From Psammoneis japonica (lineage: Eukaryota): a stretch of 64,000 nt of DNA. Both the position numbers and the translations under genes were made by a program. Under the pieces are notes generated by a model that did not search any database, was not told where the DNA came from, and was given only the letters and a program-made list of their open reading frames with translations. This document shows positions 56,501 through 64,000 of the stretch, piece by piece. Numbering within the stretch: position 1 is the stretch's first letter; each line of letters starts with the position of its first letter. Where the stretch lies: assembly GCA_008632985.1 (NCBI GenBank), contig QPGO01000008.1, forward strand, positions 1-64,000, given 5' to 3'.

Positions 56501-59480
56501 TGCTTTGTTGTCGTGCTTTGTTTGTCAGGCATTTGAAGCAAGATTCTGAAAGAGATGTGCCTCCCATTTTCAAAAACCAAATGGTGACATCATTGGCAAA
56601 GTTTCAAGAGTGGCGGCGTTGGCGTTGTTCAAGGCCAAAATGTGGAAAGCAGTTTTCATGACAATCTGGTGCATTCATGTGCTGTGCTTGCTGTTTGTGC
56701 ATTCATGTGCTTGTTGTTTTTTTGGAAGTGCAACACTTGCTGTCCATTTGTTGGATGCTTTGTCATCCAGATCGACATCATCCAGGACAGCATTTGATGT
56801 TGACGGATTTGCCCCCACTGCTCAAAACTGTGCAAATGGGAGCTTGGCATGGCACCAATCCATGCTCCATTTGGCAATGGCCCACCGTTTTTCAAGGTGT
56901 GTGTGTGAAAAGCTGCTTGCAATGCAATCCGATGCATTTGTGTGATTGCGCATTGTCATTTGTGTGCTCTCAATGGTGCCGACAGAACAGCGCTCATTCT
57001 CAGCCACTTGGTGTGGTGCTGGCAGAACAACGAGAAATTCCATGGGACCCGGTGCATTCGTGTGATGGTGCCAGTGGAACAACACCCACCCTCAATTGCC
57101 CATTGTGGTGCAGTCAGAATGACACTCACTCCAAATTTGTTTTGAATGTTTCATCATGTGCAGCATGTCGACATCACCCTGGGATGGCATTTGACGTCAA
57201 CCGATGCACCCCAAGTGGTCAACACAGTGTGAATCAGAGAGTTGAAAAGCACCCTGTTCTTTTGCAATTGCCCGATCATGTGAGTGCAGAGTGCCATCTT
57301 GATGTCCTCTCATGATTGCAATCTGGCAAGTGTGGTTCATGTGTTGTGCACTTGTTGTGTTTCTGGCAGAATGCTGCTCACTCTCATTGCCTTGACTGCT
57401 TCATCATCAAGGACAACAAGCAGCGGCCAAGGAGCTTGGTGGCACAAATGTGCAGGCAGCTGAGCGGCAATGTTCATTGGCAAACAGCACATGATGACAA
57501 CAGCAAAATTGACCAGCCAGAATGAACAGCTGTCAGATTAGAGACAGGATGTCATTTGAACATCAGAACAAGGTTGGCTTTAAAAAAGCAAAGTGGAGTT
57601 TGCATGTGATGTGAGTTAATTTGTTGCATGGTGAGAAGAGGAGTGAATGGAAAGCAACACATCACACGGTGAAAAGCGACCAAGTGTCACACTTGAAATG
57701 TCAGGAACATTGTCCGCATGGACACTGCATTTGAAATTTCTTGCACAACATGCCAAAAACATTTTTGCACATTGGAACCAAGATTTCCAGCATGGCGTGC
57801 AAGAATGTTTAAATTAAAATCAAAAATTTGTTGGCACGTCGGGCAAGGAGAATGCCGTGCGCGCGTTTGCGTGTGATGTCAGATTGTTGCCCCACTGGAC
57901 AAGCACTGAGGAAAAAAGTGGAAGAGGTTGCAAGGAAACAGCTCTGTTCAAAGGCAAAGTTCCTTGCAAAGGCAGATGTGTTGAGCAGTGGAAAAGTGTC
58001 ATGGCCAATGTGGAAGAACATGGCTGGTGGCAAATTTGGCCAGGAAGACTGGGCAGGGATGTGGGAGCAAAGGCTGGGCAAAGAGGCATGTCCTGAGCAC
58101 CATCAATGCAAAAAGGAACACAACATCACACAGATGACAATGAAAAATGAGCTGAGTGGCAAGTGTTGCAGCCTGATGCTTTTCCAAACAGGGGTTGAGA
58201 ACAATGATGCCAACACCACGTCTGTTTTTTTGTAAAAAGCTGTGATTGCAGAAGAGCCATCTCCAGGGAATTGCTTGAGGAAAACAAGGGTGGCAGAGAC
58301 ACATCCAGGACAGAGGCAAAACCCCAAAAAGGGCAGAAGGAAGAGAATGTGGGCTGTGCCCATTGAAGAAAGATTCGTGCTGACTTGGAAGGACAAGACT
58401 GTGAAGACCATTGTGGATGAAAAAAGGAGCAACAAGGAAGCACATGCCAGGTTCTAGAACAATGCAGCAAAATTCTGAAAAAGCACTGCAATGTGGAGAA
58501 AATGGCTGTGCCTCAAAAATGAATCAGATGACAAAAGCAGCCAGCTCTGTGAGTTGATGCCTGATTTTTAGCATGGTCTGCCCCCCTGATGCCCGCGTTG
58601 CCACACACAAAGTGTGTTGGCTCTGCAAAAACAACAAAGCCTGGAGCTCCAGCCAACTGTGAGGTTGAATTTTGCAAGGGGGGGGGGTGGACACTCCTGT
58701 TGCAATGGAATGAAATGAACTGGACATTCAGATTGGGTCAGCAACCTTGCCAAACCACGGCATGTGATGCTCTGCTGAAGTTGTGATGCACGGCCCACCC
58801 ATCCCAAGGGAGGGCATTTCAATGGCCCCAACAAGTGACCAAACCGCTGTTGTTCTCACTCACTTCCTCAACAACTTTCCCTCTGTTTTCCAATCTTGAG
58901 TTTTTTGGCTTGACATTTTCCCCGACTTCGTTGGCTTTTTGGCGCACTCTTCCTCATTGTCGTTGTTGTGTGGGCGCAGTTGGCTTTTCATGCACGCACG
59001 CCAGCATCTCACAGTTGGCTGATCCGGACCCCAAAAAGCTTGTGCAGGAGGGCCAATGAGCAAATTTCAATTTTGTTTTTGCAGGTTTGTCAAGGAGCAC
59101 CATCTTGCACTTTGTTGCCCATCATCATTCGTGTGTCACTCTCAGCAGACTGCATGGATGAGAACAAGGAAGTGGGGTGAAGAGATTCCAAATCACAAGA
59201 CGCTCATTCAACTTTGAACAACATCTCGAATGCCTTGCAAGACTAGGCAGGGTGACATGCGGTGCCGATCACATCCTTGGCGGGAGAAAAGCAGTGCGTA
59301 GCGAGGCTCGAGTGCATGATGGAGGTAGCTACCAGGCGATGTGATTCCGGAGGACCACCAAGGGGCCCAGCGCGCTGCAAACAGCATCACAAGCTCACGT
59401 AATATTCACATCAACAAACTATACTAGTTTCGATAAAAACAATTGCACTACTACTACTATTTCTACTACTAAATACGTCA

Positions 59481-60239
59481 TTACTTTGCATTCCTGGCAG
59501 CCCTACGGTCGGCACGAGAAGTGGCGTGATAACCCGAACGAATCGGAGCGACACTGCGGCTCGATCCACAATCACGACAGGTGCAAAAGTATAGACGGGT
59601 GGAAGAATCCCTTACCAGGTCCGTGTTGGGGGAACGACACATTTCGCACGTGACGTATTCCACAACATACTTTCGAAGCAGCGACTCGATATACTTTGGA
59701 ACAAAGCGTCCACGAATCACCAAACGCTGGTTCCCGTCAATGGATCCTTCTGTTCCCAACTCCGCCATGAAGAAGGCAAAGACGTGATCCGGAGAACGCT
59801 GCATCATGGTACAAATCTCCTGAAAGTTGACCCATAGCGTCTTTCGGGATCCCAACAGAGACAACTGCGGCGGCTTGACATTCCTCCTCTTCTTCTCAAT
59901 CAAGTCGGGATTGTTGGTATGAAGCAAGTCCACCATACGATCAAGCAACTCTTCATACGTGTATTCCGCCTTGCGGTCATACTCGTCTTCGCCTCCGTTT
60001 TCTTCTTGAGCAGCATCCTGTTCTAGCAACATGCGTTCTTGCTCGGAAGCGTTGAACGTGCTGCTGCTATTGGCTCCAGAAGCCGACATAGCATCACCAG
60101 ATTGGCTCGACTTTTTCTTGTCCTTTTTCTTCTTTTTCTTCTTCTTTTTCGAGAGATCCAACATGGCAGCCACATCGGCTTCTTCCTCATCCGAGCCTGC
60201 CGCAGCAGCAGCCTGGTTTTGCTCTTGTTCGTCCGCCAT
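59481..60239 (-). CDS. EIF2S2: Eukaryotic translation initiation factor 2 subunit beta
   Basis: Poly-Lys box, YEELL, NFQEIC..MQR.PDHV..F..AELGT.GS.DG, C2-C2 zinc ribbon (CEMC...CRDC). Confidence 0.96.
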   Translation of the reverse strand: MADEQEQNQAAAAAGSDEEEADVAAMLDLSKKKKKKKKKDKKKSSQSGDAMSASGANSSSTFNASEQERMLLEQDAAQEENGGEDEYDRKAEYTYEELLDRMVDLLHTNNPDLIEKKRRNVKPPQLSLLGSRKTLWVNFQEICTMMQRSPDHVFAFFMAELGTEGSIDGNQRLVIRGRFVPKYIESLLRKYVVEYVTCEMCRSPNTDLVRDSSTRLYFCTCRDCGSSRSVAPIRSGYHATSRADRRAARNAK

Positions 60240-60561
60240 GGTTGTTGAAGAGAGTGTTGTTGTGTGGTTGAACTTTGTTGGGACGAGCGATGCATGGTGC
60301 GCGCACACAACAATCGCACGCGCGCAGAACGAAACACGACATCCGCACGTCTGCCCACGATGACTTTACGTAGATCTCGTACTGACGTAGATTCAACGTC
60401 CAAATTCCGTACGAACTTTTATGACGTCATTGTGACACATGACGTTGCGTGCGACGCGACGAACAAAAAAAGTTGAATGAGTTCAAGTTCAGAAAGAACG
60501 CAATGAGAACCGGCGACCGCTGCAATACCTTCTAGCTTGCAGCAAACAAAGAAGCAAAATC

Positions 60562-62459
60562 ATGCCTGACACGGATGCATCTGCTATGGAGCAAGACAAA
60601 CCAGAGGCTACTGAAGATGTAAAGAAAGATACAGAAAAGCAGACAGACACGAATGAACCCGATGCCCAGCCAGAGGCAGCAATAGCAAACGCAGAACCTA
60701 CCGCTACAAAAGAAGAGGAACAAGCTGCCGCTACAAAAGAGGAACAAGCAACAGACGATGATAATGGCTTACCTCCCATCGCAGCGACCATTACGAACTT
60801 AGAAAAAGCTCGAACTCGTGTGAAAAAGGCTTTTGCTCGTTCCAAGCTGCTGAATGCCGAACAGGATCATTTGTACCCACGATTTGAATGGACCGAGATT
60901 ACAACGGGAGAAGTACTGGGCGTGGGTGGATTTGGAACAGTCAAAGAGATCGAAGCCATTGAGCTTAGCAAAACGAAAAAGAGTGGACCAGACTCATCCT
61001 TTTCTTTTCGGTCATGGGCGGAACTGACTGGAAACAATGCTTCTCCTGTGCAAGGTTCAGGAGCAGCAGCAGCTGTCCCGTCCTTGTCATTGCCTGCAAG
61101 TGTTCCAGAAGATGTTCACAAGGATGAGGAGGACGATGAAGTCATTGATGATGACGATGATGAAGATGATGTGTATTATGATGAATGCTTTCAAGACAAG
61201 AGGTTCATTTGTGAGAATACAAAGAGGCGAGGCGGTTCTGCTCGGTATGCCATCAAATTCATTTCGCCCCATGTCAAGCAAGATCCTAAACTCTTTTTGC
61301 AAGCCGCCATGGATATGGCTGTTGAAACACAATTCTTATCGGTGCTTCAACACGAACACTTGGTTCGGATGCGTGGTGTTGGACAGGGCGATATGTTTGA
61401 TGCCGAGTACTTTTTGGTTCTGGATCGGCTCTACGATACGCTAGAGGATCGCATCGACACTTGGAAGGAGTATGCTAAAGATATTGCCGGAAAGGGCTTG
61501 TTTTGCAAGCTTCGCAAGTTTCCTGAAAAGCGCAAAGCGCACTTTCAGGAACGACTCAAGGTCTGCCGAGACTTGGCGTCGGCACTGTCTTATCTTCACG
61601 ATCTCAGGTGAGTTTGGTGTGAAGGTACCCTATGCAGTGAACTTGAATGTGATATCTTCTTTCTCGGACCTTACGACTATACCTAACCCCTTTTGCTTTG
61701 ATGCTTTTCTTTGCTTTCGCAACTGCTAGCATCATTTATCGCGACTTTGTAAGTAGCAAAGCGGAATGGAACTTACGTTTTGTCGCATCCTTGAGTCTAA
61801 CATTACTACTGGCTTGGCCTTGCTATTTCTTTTTTTCTTGTGTAACATAGAAACCCGACAATATCGGCTTTGACGTGCGCGGAGTGGTGAAGTTGTTTGA
61901 CTTTGGTCTTGCCAAAGAATTGCACCCAGACGATCGAAAACCCAATGGCACTTGGCGCCTCACGGGTGAAACGGGGGCAATCCGATACATGGTACGTTGC
62001 GTTGGTTCCTCTGTGGTGCTGCATCATGTTTATCGTAAGCCTGGCTGTGCATATGTATCAGCATGCGAATGGACGGGAGCTGAGTATCGTCTGTATGCAA
62101 AAGTGCCTTTTGCTGTTTTTTCACCTTTCTGAGTGATTCTCACTCCTCCCACCTCGTTTCCTTTGTACTTAGGCCCCGGAAATTGCCACAAGGCACCCGT
62201 ACAACTTTAGTGCCGATGTCTACTCCTTTGCTATTGTCCTTTGGGAATCCATGGCGTTACAAGTTCCCTATGCGGGCTTTAACAAGTACCAAATGACAAA
62301 CATTGTTGCTTCGTACGGCGAGCGACCCAGCATTGACGACAAAAAGTGGCCCAAACCACTATTGACTTGATTCAAAAGTGCTGGGATGCGAATCATCGGA
62401 AACGACCGCAGTGTGCAACAGTTGTGAAGGAACTCGAAAAGCTAATTGACGATGAGTAA
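60562..62459 (+). CDS. Ser/Thr (TKL-like) protein kinase; three introns (~61608-61729, ~61749-61850, ~61992-62172)
   Basis: LGVGGFGTV, YAIK, IIYRD(L)KPDNIGFD, DFGLA, YM/APE and DVYSF. Apparent indel near 62360. Confidence 0.9.
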
Positions 62460-62752
62460 AGATAGCACTGCGACACTCGTGCTAAACAGGCAAGATAGAC
62501 GGATTTTGCTGTATCTTGTACTATATTCGAGCGACTCCTCCACTCTACTGCTACTACTTGATACTACCATACTCACTACTAGAAAGGCCCGGCAGCCAAA
62601 AGCAAATCTCTACGACGTCTGCCTCCGCTCTGTATCAGTAGACAGAGAAAGAGAGAGGTCCTTGTACGGTTGGGGTTTGGGGCGACAACAATTCTGTGGT
62701 CAATTTGTTATTAAATTCTCCGGCCTGAATCAATTCGCGCAATGCCATTAAT

Positions 62753-63902
62753 CTATGTACTTTTCTTGGCCATGTTTGTAAATCCAGTGCCAAGACAACT
62801 CAATATAATCGTTTGCGATTCACGTTGTGGCGACAGCTTGAACTCAACCCCAAATGCCTGCTTGTACAGCCGCAGCGATTCAATGGTAAATTGTGACAAG
62901 GTACCAATCCGAATACGAGCAACGTCTTCAGGAGTAAGACACATGAGTAACAATGCCAACGACTGCATCCCCCGTATCGATACAACCGCCTCGCTGAATT
63001 TCCTGCAAAAGCAAAGCTGCAGCTCGCTTTCCAAAGTCTTCGGGTAACTCTCTCGTGTCTGCATTCAAACATGCTTCTGTGCACAAGCCTGATCCATTCA
63101 CTGTTTCGGCAGATAGCAAGAGTCCCAAGGATGGACTCGGCCCACAATTGCCTTTGCCCTTTAGTAACGTGGAGGTGTGTATCCAGACGTCAGGTAGCAA
63201 TCGCAGCAAAACACCTTTTGCAGAATGGGAAGCACGAGCCGCCGAGGAAGGTGGTATATTGCACGAGACACACAATCCACGAATTCGTTTGATTTTATCA
63301 TTTTGGTCGTATGTCAAATCAATGGGCCGGAGCTCCTTTTTCACCATGGGGCAGTAAAATTCAACGAAACCTCCTCCGTGTGGCGCAGCGCCGTGTTTCT
63401 TTACAACAATAGCTGGAGCGGATGATTCTTCTGCATCGTCGCCAATCCCAAATTTCTGTAGCAGAGGAATAGCGGCTCGCTGTAAGTAATCAGGCGACGG
63501 ATCTAATTCACAAGTTCCGTCCGTGACTCCCTCCAACGTCATCGACAAGGACTCTTTTCCAAACGGTGCCAACGGCAAAATACCTTCCAAGAACCACCCG
63601 ACGCTTCTCGAATTGGGACACACGTGGTGAATGCGAGATCCGCCCATTAACATTCCAGGAGTAAATCTCACTTGAGTTCCAGTGGCGTTAATCTCGATGC
63701 GAGTTCCATTTGTCATGCTATCCAACAATCGCAGAAACGAAACTTCGTGATCCGCCAGACCCGGAGAAGAAATATCCATGTGTCGAATGTTTCGAATCAA
63801 AACAGACCGACGGCTCAGAATGGATACCGCAAGACGTTGTCGAAACTGAACAGCACCATCTTCATATTTCAGTGTCGTTGTTGTTCGAGTCGTCGTCGTC
63901 AT
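62753..63902 (-). CDS. RCL1: RNA 3'-terminal phosphate cyclase-like protein Rcl1 (18S rRNA processing); apparent indel near 62965
   Basis: FRQRL..S.LS, EVSFLRLLD.MTNGT.IEIN.TGT, LAPFGK, HGAAP.GGG, LPDVWI, PED.G..AA..LL.EI..GGC.D and C-terminal C.G.GF.N. Confidence 0.93.
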
Positions 63903-64000
63903 GGCGTCGAGGAGACTGCAGAGATAGCACAGAAGAAAAATGTGAGAAAAACTGATGTTGTGTGATCGAGTGGACGACACATGAGAGGAATACGGAATCG

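Noticed and set aside
31790..59240. Classical fungal RIP or CpG deamination alone
   Set aside because: RIP creates TpA and stop codons, and CpG decay cannot turn TAY into TGY or CAY. CpG decay is present but insufficient.
53540..59240. Specific gene or TE identities for the short ORFs
   Set aside because: The sequence is too eroded for any motif to be supported by eye.
20800..63100. Programmed frameshifts or pseudogenisation in host genes (~20880, ~22140, ~27365, ~28350, ~62360, ~62965)
   Set aside because: These are isolated indels, often near short homopolymers, and one is in the essential gene RCL1. Sequencing or assembly errors are more likely; reads are needed.

Overview
Eukaryotic, diatom-like genomic DNA. 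This is inferred from diatom-type Ty1/copia motifs, a bipartite plastid-targeting presequence and short GT-AG introns. The window alternates between two compartments. (1) Ordinary gene-rich DNA at ~13.1-31.8 kb and ~59.2-64 kb holds a surface repeat protein, a DUF3638-like pseudogene, a STRA6-like membrane protein, an M64 metallopeptidase, a plastid DUF1415 protein, small hypothetical genes, eIF2-beta, a protein kinase and RCL1. (2) Two repeat-rich domains lie at 1-~13.1 kb and ~31.8-59.2 kb. They hold a 23-bp satellite, a ~412-bp tandem repeat, two full-length Copia LTR elements, a 15.7-kb Sola-like DNA transposon with cargo ORFs (one Copia is nested in it), a 9-bp minisatellite with a MITE, and eroded gene-like DNA. 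The main observation is that TpA dinucleotides are nearly erased in the repeat domains by TA->TG or TA->CA (A-to-G on either strand). Conserved Tyr become Cys or His (YVDD->CVDD, ALYGLK->ALCGLK), paired LTRs differ almost only at TA/TG/CA/CG sites, and both primer-binding sites look hit. This looks like a RIP-like, repeat- or heterochromatin-targeted DNA hypermutation acting on adenines, the opposite direction to fungal RIP, alongside slower CpG decay. All dinucleotide statements and family assignments are by eye and need computation.
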